From: a virus
Taxonomy: Duplodnaviria; Caudoviricetes
Virus record (IMG/VR): IMGVR_UViG_3300027586_000012
Location: 1 to 51,967 of that record
Reading direction: 5' to 3' (one strand)
DNA length: 51,967 nucleotides
The position numbers and the translations under genes are program-made. Within the stretch, counting starts at the first letter, position 1; each line of letters opens with the position of its first letter. Positions 12,227 through 21,503 of this stretch are shown here, piece by piece. The notes under the pieces are model-generated. The model had not been told where the DNA came from and did no database searches. It worked only from the letters and a program-made list of their open reading frames with translations.

Positions 12227-13495
12227 ATGTCAGATTACTTAAACACCGAAAATAAAACAATACAGTACAACGGTCCTGTAGATAGTGCTGACTTTAACAT
12301 GAGGGCAGAACAGAACTATCAAGACTTAGTCCACCTCTATAATAGATCTGGTGTTTTAGATCAAAAGTTAAGTCAGGCTTTTGAAAGAGTATTAAAAGAT
12401 CATTTATTTATTTCTAGAGCTATAGCAGATTTAGAAGATAGGGTAAAGGCGATTGAATACAATGCTGATTCAGCCTATAAGAAGCTCTCCATATATAGCT
12501 ATTCTCAAATAGACGTAGCTGGTTTTGTGAGTGACTCACAGTTTGCACTCTCCAGTTCCGAAGCACTGAGTTTTGATCATGTATATAATTTGATTACGCT
12601 ACCTAAAGTTGATGGTTCTTCTTATTCTAAGCTTAAGTTCTTTAGCGGTTTAGGGGAACAAACAATTCCAGATTTTCTAGAAACAAAAATGAAAAATGAC
12701 TTTGTTAGCGTTGACACACCTGGCGCACTAGTGGACACTAGCCCAATGTTTCATGCACTATTAGATAGGTCTGATAAATTTTGGAAAAGAAATGTTATAG
12801 CCAACTCAGCTTTGGGATCTGGCGCTCAAATGTTTGCCTACTACAAGATCCCCAATGCCTATTCTGGGTCTGACACATCAAACTACTTGTCTCTATCTCC
12901 ATACCCGTTATTTGGAGTGGACATCCTTTCTATTGAATACACAACAAAGATAGAGCCATCTTTAGAAGAGTCTGATGGATGGACTCCTTTGAACTTTAAC
13001 AGATTGTATGATAGCGAATCTGATGCGATAGGTAGAGTCCCTCCAGGTGGATGGTCAACGGTCGGTTCAGATATTGTGCTTAACTCTGGGCCAATGGGGT
13101 TCTATTTCCCTCCAATAAAAATTACTGCAATTAGGATAAATATGAGGCAGAGAAATTATATTGTAGAAAATGGTAAATATGTATATACATATGGTTTGTC
13201 TGACCTGGATGTAAGATCACAAAGGTTCCTGGAAACTGGAAGAACAATAATCAAGTTTACCGCCCCAGAAGGAACATTGATCTATTCAGTAGACGAGGTC
13301 ATACCTAAAATGTATAATGTTCCTGAGGAATTAATATCTACTGCTTTCAGCTATAGGGTCATCTACAAGGACAGCGGTGTTTATACACTTGATGAGGTTT
13401 CTGGTTCATCTTCAGTTTGGATAGAAGTAACCCTAAATCAGCTTGGAGATGGAACAGCTCCAGTCCTATCTGATCTAATAATCAATTATAGCTAA
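12227..13495 (+). CDS. Putative virion structural protein
   Basis: 422-aa ORF. YTYGLSDLDV parallels YRYGIRDIAI (9535) and FTIGLRSIDV (7378-9538). It ends in APVLSDLIINYS. Confidence 0.55.
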   Translation: MSDYLNTENKTIQYNGPVDSADFNMRAEQNYQDLVHLYNRSGVLDQKLSQAFERVLKDHLFISRAIADLEDRVKAIEYNADSAYKKLSIYSYSQIDVAGFVSDSQFALSSSEALSFDHVYNLITLPKVDGSSYSKLKFFSGLGEQTIPDFLETKMKNDFVSVDTPGALVDTSPMFHALLDRSDKFWKRNVIANSALGSGAQMFAYYKIPNAYSGSDTSNYLSLSPYPLFGVDILSIEYTTKIEPSLEESDGWTPLNFNRLYDSESDAIGRVPPGGWSTVGSDIVLNSGPMGFYFPPIKITAIRINMRQRNYIVENGKYVYTYGLSDLDVRSQRFLETGRTIIKFTAPEGTLIYSVDEVIPKMYNVPEELISTAFSYRVIYKDSGVYTLDEVSGSSSVWIEVTLNQLGDGTAPVLSDLIINYS

Positions 13496-13525
13496 TTTTA
13501 ATAGTTAATAAGTAGCTATTTCATT

Positions 13526-13537
13526 TTACTATAAATA
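13526..13537 (+). promoter_or_regulatory. Candidate late promoter TTACTATAAATA
   Basis: Intergenic; contains TATAAATA (identical to the T4 late -10 consensus) upstream of a TAAGGAG RBS. Confidence 0.45.
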
Positions 13538-13566
13538 GCACATTATTCTTTTAAGGAGACTATAAA

Positions 13567-14157
13567 ATGGCAACTTACTACGTTGGTCCAAGACCAGTAC
13601 TGAAGGGGCGCACAACTGCTGATATGATCGGCCCAAAGGGCGTCGTCGGCACATACTCCTACTACCCTCTTAAGGGCGGTAGTCATGTATTAGACGGAGC
13701 TCCAGATAACAACCATACCCCAGGAACTGGCCACCATCCAGGTAACGTTCTTCTTTCTCAGCTTTTTAATGGTTCTACTCTTTATGCAGGGACCACTCCA
13801 TTAGCTGGAACATTTGCAGATGGAACTACTACATTTGGTGGGATGAGATTCCGCCCGAGTGAATACAAGGGCCTTACAACATCTAAGGCACTAGATGGCG
13901 GTCACGTAAAGCGCACAACCGCTTACAGTCTCTATAGCAACTACATCTTTGACGGTGTAACCTCAGCAGAAGCATTCGCTGGCTTAGGTCATGCAGAGCG
14001 CACAACTGCTTACAGCCTCTACAGTAACTATATCTTTGACGGTGTCACCTCAACAGAAGTAATGAAGGCAGGCTACGGACAAGCTAATACTGCTAGTGAA
14101 TACGGTCGCAATAAAGTCGGTGAGTACAAAGGTGTACCATCAGCAAAAGCCCTTTAA
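13567..14157 (+). CDS. Gly/Thr/Tyr-rich protein with an internal 29-aa duplication, probably an abundant virion protein
   Basis: Strong RBS, C-ending codon bias, and two copies of RTTAYSLYSNYIFDGVTS. Confidence 0.5.
   Translation: MATYYVGPRPVLKGRTTADMIGPKGVVGTYSYYPLKGGSHVLDGAPDNNHTPGTGHHPGNVLLSQLFNGSTLYAGTTPLAGTFADGTTTFGGMRFRPSEYKGLTTSKALDGGHVKRTTAYSLYSNYIFDGVTSAEAFAGLGHAERTTAYSLYSNYIFDGVTSTEVMKAGYGQANTASEYGRNKVGEYKGVPSAKAL
13900..14060 (+). repeat. Intragenic tandem duplication, 87-nt period
   Basis: Copies start at 13900 and 13987 and differ mostly at synonymous positions. Confidence 0.85.
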
Positions 14158-14174
14158 TAACAAGGAGAAACAAA

Positions 14175-14378
14175 ATGCCAGATCAAAAATTAATTAAAGA
14201 CGTACTCGAAAGAGCTCTTTGGACTGCAGCGCAAACATTCATTGCTGTTTATACAGTCGGTGGAGTTGACCAAGCTAAAGCAGCAGCAACAGCTGCAGCA
14301 GCTGCAGGGCTTAGCGTCATCAAAGGATTCGCAGCAACAAAAATTGGAGACAAAGACTCTGCTGCAACTTTGAAATAA
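14175..14378 (+). CDS. Holin, r1t/actinobacteriophage type
   Basis: 67 aa with DVLERALWTAAQTFIA and AAAAAGLSVIKGFA hydrophobic segments typical of r1t-like holins; AAGGAG RBS. Confidence 0.7.
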   Translation: MPDQKLIKDVLERALWTAAQTFIAVYTVGGVDQAKAAATAAAAAGLSVIKGFAATKIGDKDSAATLK

Positions 14379-14409
14379 TTAGTTAAATACAACATAAAAA
14401 AATCCTAAC

Positions 14410-14418
14410 TGATATACT
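14410..14418 (+). promoter_or_regulatory. Extended -10 promoter-like element TGATATACT
   Basis: TGnTATAaT pattern in an intergenic region; the same pattern occurs at 36660, 42037, 43054 and 47672. Confidence 0.45.
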
Positions 14419-14457
14419 GTTCAGTACGGAAACCGACGCATCTACTTAGCGTAAGAT

Positions 14458-14494
14458 AGTTATCCCGCCCCAATTAGGGCGGGATAACTGTTTT
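14458..14494 (+). terminator. Intrinsic terminator
   Basis: Perfect 13-bp stem AGTTATCCCGCCC / GGGCGGGATAACT, followed by GTTTT. Confidence 0.7.
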
Positions 14495-14550
14495 AAAGGG
14501 TCTCTTATGTAAGTTCTTATATATTTGTCCAGGGTTAACAAGGATTATAA

Positions 14551-15255
14551 ATGTTTTTAGATCAGTTAAATACGGTAATTAGAGACAAAGCTCTTCCATT
14601 AGATGTTGCTGAAAAGTATCTGAACCTATACATAGGTGAAGCAGATTGGAAAACGCACATTTCAAAACTATGGATGAATCTTGAAAACAAGAATAAGAAT
14701 TCTGACATAAGTAAAGAAGATATAAAGAGAGCAATATCCTGCACGATGTTATTGCCAACAATGGAGAGAACAAATATCCCCGATCCAGTCCACCTTATTT
14801 TATTTTGGTGCCCTACCTGGAATCAGTATAAAGAAAGAGATTGGTTTTCTTTATTTTTAGAAATAGTTAAGAAAGATTTATATATCCAAACCAATCAAAA
14901 CGAGTTACTATCGATTGGCGTCATCGATCCAATTGATTATTCTCCATTAACCAGACAAAGCTTTAATTGGTTATATAATCAGGCGGAACAAAACGGTGAT
15001 TTAAACGATAAAAATAAAGACGTTGTAACTAAAAAAATGCAAAACCTAGTAAGGATATATGGTGGTGCAGTGATATCAAATATTTTTCAAAATCACAAGA
15101 ATGTAGTAGACAAAGTTTTTAACTGGAGAAGTGGATATTTTTTCGAAAGAGAAATATATAACGTGTATAATTATGACCAGATAAAAAAGATCAAGAAAAC
15201 AGAAATAGAAAAATTAAACCCCAAGTACGTAAAAACTTTAACGGTAACAAAATAA
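14551..15255 (+). CDS. Hypothetical protein
   Basis: 234-aa ORF with AAGGA RBS; no recognised motif. Confidence 0.6.
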   Translation: MFLDQLNTVIRDKALPLDVAEKYLNLYIGEADWKTHISKLWMNLENKNKNSDISKEDIKRAISCTMLLPTMERTNIPDPVHLILFWCPTWNQYKERDWFSLFLEIVKKDLYIQTNQNELLSIGVIDPIDYSPLTRQSFNWLYNQAEQNGDLNDKNKDVVTKKMQNLVRIYGGAVISNIFQNHKNVVDKVFNWRSGYFFEREIYNVYNYDQIKKIKKTEIEKLNPKYVKTLTVTK

Positions 15256-15264
15256 GGAGATAGA

Positions 15265-17373
15265 ATGTCAGAAGAAATCGAAAACGGAAATCCAGATCTA
15301 ACACCGATTGCTACCAAGCAATCTTCTATGTTCTTATTTAAATTAACTGATGATTTCATAGAACCATATAGGTCTAAGTCTGCACCATTTGGATATAGGG
15401 ATGCAGCTGGGAACTCCGTTGGAGAGATAACATTTCTTCGCACTTACTCTAGATTAAAAGAGGACGGGACTAAAGAGACATGGTCTGATGTATGCGAAAG
15501 AGTTATTAACGGAATGTACTCCTTGCAGAAAGAACACTGCAAAAAGAATCGCCTACCATGGAACGATGCTAAAGGTCAAGCTTCAGCTAAAGAAGCTTTT
15601 GATAGATTATTCAATCTTAAGTGGACTCCTCCTGGTCGTGGTCTTTGGGCTATGGGTACAAACATTGTAAACATACAAAAGAATTCTGCAGCACTTCAGA
15701 ACTGTGCGTTTGTTTCTACTGGTGAAATGAATAAGTTTAACCCGGCAAAACCGTTTGCATTTCTTATGGAAGCATCGATGCTTGGAGTTGGTGTGGGATT
15801 TGATGACAAAGGTGCCGACAAAGATTTTACAATCTTTAAGCCAAAGGTCTTAGAGATAATTAAACCAATCGTTATTCCTGATACAAGAGAAGGCTGGGTC
15901 GATTCAACAGCTCTATTGTTAAATTCATATCTAAAACCAGAACAAGACGCAGTTGATTTTGACTACAGCGTAATCCGTCCAGCTGGCACGCCCATTAAAA
16001 CATTTGGTGGAGTAGCTGCTGGTCACGAGCCACTTGAAAAGCTACATAAACATATTCGTAAAATGTTTTCTGGACGCAGTGGAGAGAAGCTAACTCGTAT
16101 AGATATAGCAGACATCGGAAACGTTATTGGTGTATGTGTAGTATCTGGAAACGTCCGTCGTTCAGCTGAGTTGTTGATTGGCCGTTTAGATGATCAAGAT
16201 TTCTTAAACTTAAAAAATTCAGAACGCTTTCCTGAACGTAACTCATATGATTCATCTGCTCCAGGCTGGGCTTGGATGTCTAATAACTCTGTAGAAACAG
16301 CGGTCGGAGCAGATTTATCTTCCATAGTAGAGGGTATATCTCTTAACGGTGAGCCTGGAGTTCTATGGATGGACATGTCTCGCAAATATGGTCGTTTAGC
16401 TGATCCACCAAACAATAAGGACCATAGAGTGGCGGGCTATAACCCCTGTGCAGAGCAGTCTCTAGAGTCCTACGAGTGCTGTACGCTTGTGGAGACCTAT
16501 CTCAATAGGCATGACACCCTAGAGGACTATAAGCGTACTCTAAAGTTTGCATACCTCTATGCTAAGACTGTTACCCTCCTTCCTACGCACTGGGAAGAGA
16601 CTAATGCAATCATGCAACGTAATCGTCGCATTGGTGCGTCTATGTCTGGTGTTGCAAACTTTGCTGATCGCGTTGGAGTTCCGGCACTTCGTGAATGGAT
16701 GGACCAAGGATATAAGACTATTCAGCGATATGACAATGTCTATTCTGAATGGTTGGGTATTCGTGAATCAATTAAGATGACGACTATTAAACCTTCTGGG
16801 ACTGTATCTATTCTTGCTGGCGAGTCACCTGGCGTACACTGGACACCGGGTGGTAAATACTTTAATAGAACTATTAGATTCTCTAACGAGGATCCGATGC
16901 TACCGCTATTCAGAATGGCCAACTACAAGGTTGAAGCCGCTGCTGAATCTCCCAATACAACTTCCGTTGTGTATTTCCCAATTAAATCCGATGCTGAAAG
17001 AGCTGAAAAAGATGTTACAATCTTTGAAAAAATGTCTTTAGCTGCAACCGCGCAACGTTATTGGTCAGACAATTCTGTATCTGTAACAATATCTTTTAAT
17101 AAAGATACCGAGGCGGAACATGTTGGAACGGTACTTCATATGTACGATGGACAACTTAAGACAGTTTCGTTTTTACCAAGCGGCAACGACACGTATCCAC
17201 AAATGCCGTACACTCAAATAACAGAAGAAGAATATACGGAAGCTTCGACATCGTTGTTCCCGATAGATCTAGCTGGAGTGTATGCCGGTATGGCTGCCGA
17301 TGCAATTGGTGAACGTTATTGTACGACTGATTCTTGTGAAATTAAATTTATTAAGGACAACATAAAAGTATAG
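15265..17373 (+). CDS. nrdJ: Class II (adenosylcobalamin-dependent) ribonucleotide reductase, monomeric RTPR type
   Basis: Motifs KWTPPGRGLWAMG, LQNCAF, GNVRRSAE, NPCAEQSLESYECCTLVE, IKPSGTVS and a C-terminal CTTDSC redox pair. Confidence 0.93.
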   Translation: MSEEIENGNPDLTPIATKQSSMFLFKLTDDFIEPYRSKSAPFGYRDAAGNSVGEITFLRTYSRLKEDGTKETWSDVCERVINGMYSLQKEHCKKNRLPWNDAKGQASAKEAFDRLFNLKWTPPGRGLWAMGTNIVNIQKNSAALQNCAFVSTGEMNKFNPAKPFAFLMEASMLGVGVGFDDKGADKDFTIFKPKVLEIIKPIVIPDTREGWVDSTALLLNSYLKPEQDAVDFDYSVIRPAGTPIKTFGGVAAGHEPLEKLHKHIRKMFSGRSGEKLTRIDIADIGNVIGVCVVSGNVRRSAELLIGRLDDQDFLNLKNSERFPERNSYDSSAPGWAWMSNNSVETAVGADLSSIVEGISLNGEPGVLWMDMSRKYGRLADPPNNKDHRVAGYNPCAEQSLESYECCTLVETYLNRHDTLEDYKRTLKFAYLYAKTVTLLPTHWEETNAIMQRNRRIGASMSGVANFADRVGVPALREWMDQGYKTIQRYDNVYSEWLGIRESIKMTTIKPSGTVSILAGESPGVHWTPGGKYFNRTIRFSNEDPMLPLFRMANYKVEAAAESPNTTSVVYFPIKSDAERAEKDVTIFEKMSLAATAQRYWSDNSVSVTISFNKDTEAEHVGTVLHMYDGQLKTVSFLPSGNDTYPQMPYTQITEEEYTEASTSLFPIDLAGVYAGMAADAIGERYCTTDSCEIKFIKDNIKV

Positions 17374-17385
17374 GAGAGTTTTACT

Positions 17386-17745
17386 ATGCCGGATGACAAA
17401 AATTTTGATAAGATATTTTCAGAAATAACTTCTCCACAAAATATAGGAGCCATGCCAAGTATAGCTGGCGCTTTATCATTAAATAACGCAAGAGATTATT
17501 CTTTATTTTTGTCTGAACTAATCATAGCTATACAGGAAATAAATTTAATTATAGTTAATCTTACTGAAGATTCTGATGAGCCATTTGAGATACCACTTGA
17601 AGTAAAAGAAATCCTAGAGATGCTATACGCAAAAGCAAAAGATTTCAACAACTATATGGTAAACTTAGATCAAGATGATATAGGATACTATGTCTACATA
17701 GACGAAGAAGAAGATTATGACGATGAGCCAGAAGACAGAAAATGA
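17386..17745 (+). CDS. Acidic hypothetical protein
   Basis: 119 aa, AGGAG RBS, D/E-rich C-terminus. Confidence 0.55.
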   Translation: MPDDKNFDKIFSEITSPQNIGAMPSIAGALSLNNARDYSLFLSELIIAIQEINLIIVNLTEDSDEPFEIPLEVKEILEMLYAKAKDFNNYMVNLDQDDIGYYVYIDEEEDYDDEPEDRK

Positions 17746-18448
17746 AGATTACGATAATAGTACAGTACCCGTTCTAGATAAGGGTTATGTTAGGCTAGTC
17801 GATGTCATGGGTAGTGATCTATCTGTGGTTAATGCCGCAAGAGCATCTTTTGCCAAGGAATCAAATGAGCTTTCTGTACAAGACGCAAGACTCATAGATT
17901 TTTTAGCAAGAGAAAATCATATGTCACCGTTCCGTCACGCATTTTTGACATTTGAATTTAAAGCTCCGCTCATGGTAGCTAGGCAACATTGGAAATATGT
18001 TGTTGGATCAGATCATACAATGGATTCATGGAATGAATCTTCCAGAAGATACATAACCATGGAACCAGAATTCTATATACCTGGACCAGAGCAGTGGAGA
18101 CTCGCTGCAGAGAATAAAAAACAAGGTTCTTCTGGACTAGCTGGTCCATGGACTGGATCCATATTGAATACAGAACTAAAACAATTAGTTGAAAAGTGTG
18201 AATCCATGTATAATATGGCTCTTGAACAAGGTATTGCACCGGAGCAAGCTAGGTTGTTTTTGCCAGCATATGGGATGTATGTTGTGTATAGGTGGTCATG
18301 CAGTCTCCAGTCTGTAGCCTTATTCTTAAACCAAAGATTGGGAGAAGAATCCCAAGTTGAGATTCAAGACTATGCAAAAGCAGTGTATACTTTAACAAAG
18401 GAAAAGTTTCCAGTATCAATAGATAGACTAGTTTCAATACATGTATAA
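17717..18448 (+). CDS. thyX: FAD-dependent thymidylate synthase
   Basis: VLDKGYVRLVD, VVNAARASF, HMSPFRH, NESSRRY, GIAPEQARLFLP, QVEIQDYA. Confidence 0.92.
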   Translation: MTMSQKTENEDYDNSTVPVLDKGYVRLVDVMGSDLSVVNAARASFAKESNELSVQDARLIDFLARENHMSPFRHAFLTFEFKAPLMVARQHWKYVVGSDHTMDSWNESSRRYITMEPEFYIPGPEQWRLAAENKKQGSSGLAGPWTGSILNTELKQLVEKCESMYNMALEQGIAPEQARLFLPAYGMYVVYRWSCSLQSVALFLNQRLGEESQVEIQDYAKAVYTLTKEKFPVSIDRLVSIHV

Positions 18449-18611
18449 AAATATACTATTGTTTATAACATTCTCCTTTTTGATTAACTGGACGATAAGT
18501 TTGCAGATGTTAAACCAATCCTCTAAACAGAAGAGTATTAAATTTACAGCAATCGCGATGGCTTTGGCTACGGCAACCATTGCAGGATTTATAATCTCCC
18601 TTGTATCATGA
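18441..18611 (+). CDS. Small two-TM membrane protein (56 aa)
   Basis: MYKNILLFITFSFLINWTISLQML...FTAIAMALATATIAGFIISLVS; fills the gap after thyX; below the ORF-track cutoff. Confidence 0.5.
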   Translation: MYKNILLFITFSFLINWTISLQMLNQSSKQKSIKFTAIAMALATATIAGFIISLVS

Positions 18612-18636
18612 CGGTAGTATGTAAAAAGGATAGATA

Positions 18637-18879
18637 ATGGCAGCCTCTAAATTAAATTATATTGTAGTGTACAAAAACCACAGTCAAGTCTATGGTTGTT
18701 CTTCAAAGAAAATAGCCCTAGAATCACCCCCACCAGAGGGTTATACAAATGATGATAAGAGAATACTATTTGCAACATTTGAGCCAGATACAAGTTCGCT
18801 ATGCGTCTACCCTGTATCATTGGATGATGAAAGTATCGAAGAAGTAAAGGTAAAGAAAGTAAGAAAGAAAGATGGCTAA
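18637..18879 (+). CDS. Hypothetical protein
   Basis: 80-aa ORF with AAGGA RBS in a co-directional operon. Confidence 0.5.
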   Translation: MAASKLNYIVVYKNHSQVYGCSSKKIALESPPPEGYTNDDKRILFATFEPDTSSLCVYPVSLDDESIEEVKVKKVRKKDG

Positions 18880-19114
18880 AAAACAAATTAATAAAAAGAA
18901 AGTAAATATCAAGTTACTTCCTGGGCAAACATATATAATTCTTAACGCAGAACAAATGTTTCAAATATCAACAGCATTGATACATGTATCTGCTAGTATA
19001 AAAAATGAGAAAGAGCGTTTAGATCTTTTAAAAATTAGCGAAGAAGCAACTAAAGCAATTACGGAAAATCAATACACGGGAGATATATACGATGAAGAAG
19101 AAAACTGGACTTAA
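18872..19114 (+). CDS. Hypothetical protein
   Basis: 80-aa ORF overlapping its neighbours. Confidence 0.5.
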   Translation: MAKKQINKKKVNIKLLPGQTYIILNAEQMFQISTALIHVSASIKNEKERLDLLKISEEATKAITENQYTGDIYDEEENWT

Positions 19115-19379
19115 CTTAGGGGTTATTGCAACTTGCGTAGCCGTTGGGATATATGTGGCGTATGGGCAGAAAAGAAAAAAAATGATAGGAACAAACTTTT
19201 TTACTGACGAAAAACTTTCTCAAGCTGCAAAAATATATAATCCAAAAAGTAGTTTTATAGAATTCTTTGATAAAAAAAATATACAAGAAGCGTATAATAG
19301 ATACGAAAAGTATGTTGATCTTGGCTTGAACAAAGACGATGCATTCAAGGCTGTAGTAGAGGATGACAGAAATATATGA
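19092..19379 (+). CDS. Hypothetical membrane-anchored protein
   Basis: N-terminal hydrophobic segment LGVIATCVAVGIYVAYG. Confidence 0.5.
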   Translation: MKKKTGLNLGVIATCVAVGIYVAYGQKRKKMIGTNFFTDEKLSQAAKIYNPKSSFIEFFDKKNIQEAYNRYEKYVDLGLNKDDAFKAVVEDDRNI

Positions 19380-20179
19380 TAGATTTATGTGTCGTAAATT
19401 ACAATACTAGGCCACTCCTGCGCAGGCTGCTAGATAACTTACACGAGGGTGTGAGTGCGGATAATAAGTTTTGGAATCTATACATAGCTGATAACGATTC
19501 GGGTGACGATACAATCGAATGGTTAAAGGAAAATGACGATAGGTATCAAATAGATAGAATAGATTTAAACAAGAATATTGGATACTCAGCAGCTATTAAT
19601 AAGCTAGCATCTAGGGGAAACAATAGTGTTATCGGTATTCTAAATGCAGATGTATGGTTTACCAATGAGGACATCAGAAAAATATGTCAAATTTTTGATC
19701 AAGAACCAGACGTTCATATTCTTGGCCCAAAACAAAGAGATGAATATGGAAACATAAAACATGGTGGCATAACAGGAACCGGTAAAAATCCCATTATGAG
19801 GGGATGGAATGAAAGCGATCCAGAAGACATCCTATATAGAGATAGGGTTAATTGCGTAACGGTTGCCGGGTCCGCATACTTTATTAGAAGAAATGTATGG
19901 GACGCCATGACTAATAATGAGAAGTACCAAGAGATGTTTCCAGGCATCAAAGGCGCTTTTTTGCCAACACCTCATTACTACGAAGAGACTTGGTGTTCGT
20001 ATTTTGCCCGTTACTTAGGCTATAATGTAGTATATGATGGTAGTGTATCGATTGGTCACAGTTGGCACGCTTCATCTCCAAAACCAGGAGAAGGCTACAG
20101 CCACGCTGATGCTCAATTCAAAGTAAGCCAATCAATATTTCGCAAAGCCTGCGATTACATAGGAATAGAAAGAGATTAA
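19376..20179 (+). CDS. Glycosyltransferase family 2
   Basis: CVVNYNT, IADNDSGD, NIGYSAAIN, ILNADV (DxD-like), HYYEETW. Confidence 0.85.
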   Translation: MIDLCVVNYNTRPLLRRLLDNLHEGVSADNKFWNLYIADNDSGDDTIEWLKENDDRYQIDRIDLNKNIGYSAAINKLASRGNNSVIGILNADVWFTNEDIRKICQIFDQEPDVHILGPKQRDEYGNIKHGGITGTGKNPIMRGWNESDPEDILYRDRVNCVTVAGSAYFIRRNVWDAMTNNEKYQEMFPGIKGAFLPTPHYYEETWCSYFARYLGYNVVYDGSVSIGHSWHASSPKPGEGYSHADAQFKVSQSIFRKACDYIGIERD

Positions 20180-20180
20180 A

Positions 20181-20576
20181 ATGTCAGATCAATTTAACGT
20201 TTACTTATATAACGCAGAAGTAGTTAAGGTAGTAGATGGAGATACTTTTAAGGTCATTGTTGATCTTGGTTTTGAGGTTAAGTTCGGACCTAAAAGCGTA
20301 AGACTGTATGGTGTGAACACTCCAGAAAGTCGTACGACAAACTTAGAAGAAAAGAAAATGGGATTAGCTGCAAAAGAATTTACAGACCAATGGATCAAAA
20401 AAGCCAATAGCAAAATAAAGATAGAAACCATTTTAGATAAGAACGAGAAGTATGGCAGAATCCTGGGTAGAGTATGGAACGAAGCTGGCGAATGTCTCAA
20501 CACTGAAATTGTTAAAGCTGGATTAGCTAGAGAGTACTTTGGTGTAGGCGATAAAACATTTGGCGAATTTAAATGA
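20181..20576 (+). CDS. Thermonuclease (SNase) family nuclease
   Basis: VVKVVDGDT, VRLYGVNTPE, KYGRILG, LNTEIVKAGLA. Confidence 0.9.
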   Translation: MSDQFNVYLYNAEVVKVVDGDTFKVIVDLGFEVKFGPKSVRLYGVNTPESRTTNLEEKKMGLAAKEFTDQWIKKANSKIKIETILDKNEKYGRILGRVWNEAGECLNTEIVKAGLAREYFGVGDKTFGEFK

Positions 20577-21502
20577 AAAGAATAGACTTAATCCCTAAGG
20601 TCTCCGTATACAGGGGTTATATACCGAATGTAGACGAAGTTTTATCTTTTTTAAAAAAAACTAAAGATGAAAAAAATAAAGACTCATTTATAAATGAATG
20701 GGAAACATGGAGTGAAACTGGTTTTGTTTCTATGGGTAATGATATTTTTAGTTTTGATTCTAATAATGTAAATGAAATTTATAAAAAAGAATATAATATG
20801 TTAATTGAGTTAACGCATTGTATAAGAAGAATTGCACACGAATATATAGACCAGTGGAAAAATATTGATTATTGGAAATTTGATTTTGATCCTAATAATA
20901 TAATCAAAGATTGGCTGATGAAAGACAATAATTATTTAGTAAACTACGCACCATTCGATTATCTAATGCATGGGGTAACAAAACCAGAAAACAGATTAGC
21001 AATGAGTTATCACACTGATGCGCATCAATTTGATACAGAATCAAAAAAAGTTCATCATTTATTTACAATAATAGCGTATTTAAACGATGACTATGAAGAC
21101 GGAGAAGTTTCTTTTTACGATGAAAATAATTTTACAATAAATTATTACAAACCTAAAAAAGGAGATGTAGTTGTTTTTCCTAGTTTTTACCCATATTTTC
21201 ACGCAGTAGAACCAATTACAAATGGGCAAAAATTTATTTTAAGAACTTTTGCTCTTCATAATTATGAAGGTTCTAAAAAATGGAATCGTCTTTACGAAAA
21301 ATTGGGTAGTAGATGGCTTAATATAGAGGCTAGTCGTATTGAAAAAGAATGGAATAATTCAAAGTATTTTAGAATACCAGTTTTTGAAGATGATTCAGAA
21401 GATTTTATTGAAAGCATACATTATACTATGGGAAATGTTATTCCATTCCCCTATACTAGAAAACAATTTAAAGAAAAATTTACGATTAAGTTGGAAAGCT
21501 AA
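20573..21502 (+). CDS. 2OG-Fe(II) oxygenase (prolyl-4-hydroxylase-like)
   Basis: HTD...YLNDDYEDGEV...KPKKGDVVVFPS...HAVEPI (HxD...H triad). Confidence 0.85.
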   Translation: MKRIDLIPKVSVYRGYIPNVDEVLSFLKKTKDEKNKDSFINEWETWSETGFVSMGNDIFSFDSNNVNEIYKKEYNMLIELTHCIRRIAHEYIDQWKNIDYWKFDFDPNNIIKDWLMKDNNYLVNYAPFDYLMHGVTKPENRLAMSYHTDAHQFDTESKKVHHLFTIIAYLNDDYEDGEVSFYDENNFTINYYKPKKGDVVVFPSFYPYFHAVEPITNGQKFILRTFALHNYEGSKKWNRLYEKLGSRWLNIEASRIEKEWNNSKYFRIPVFEDDSEDFIESIHYTMGNVIPFPYTRKQFKEKFTIKLES

Positions 21503-21503
21503 A

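Noticed and set aside
13900-14060. Diversity-generating retroelement TR/VR pair
   Set aside because: The differences are mostly synonymous C/T changes, not adenine-specific; the copies are adjacent and in frame; no reverse transcriptase is in the window.
14419-14550. Cobalamin riboswitch or tRNA upstream of the class II RNR
   Set aside because: No B12-box or cloverleaf with D/T loops is recognisable by eye.
21339-21503. N-terminal extension of the NDT-like ORF as a further frameshift fusion with the upstream oxygenase
   Set aside because: There is no CGG in the overlap; the oxygenase ends normally at 21502 and an ATG at 21504 begins the NDT fold.
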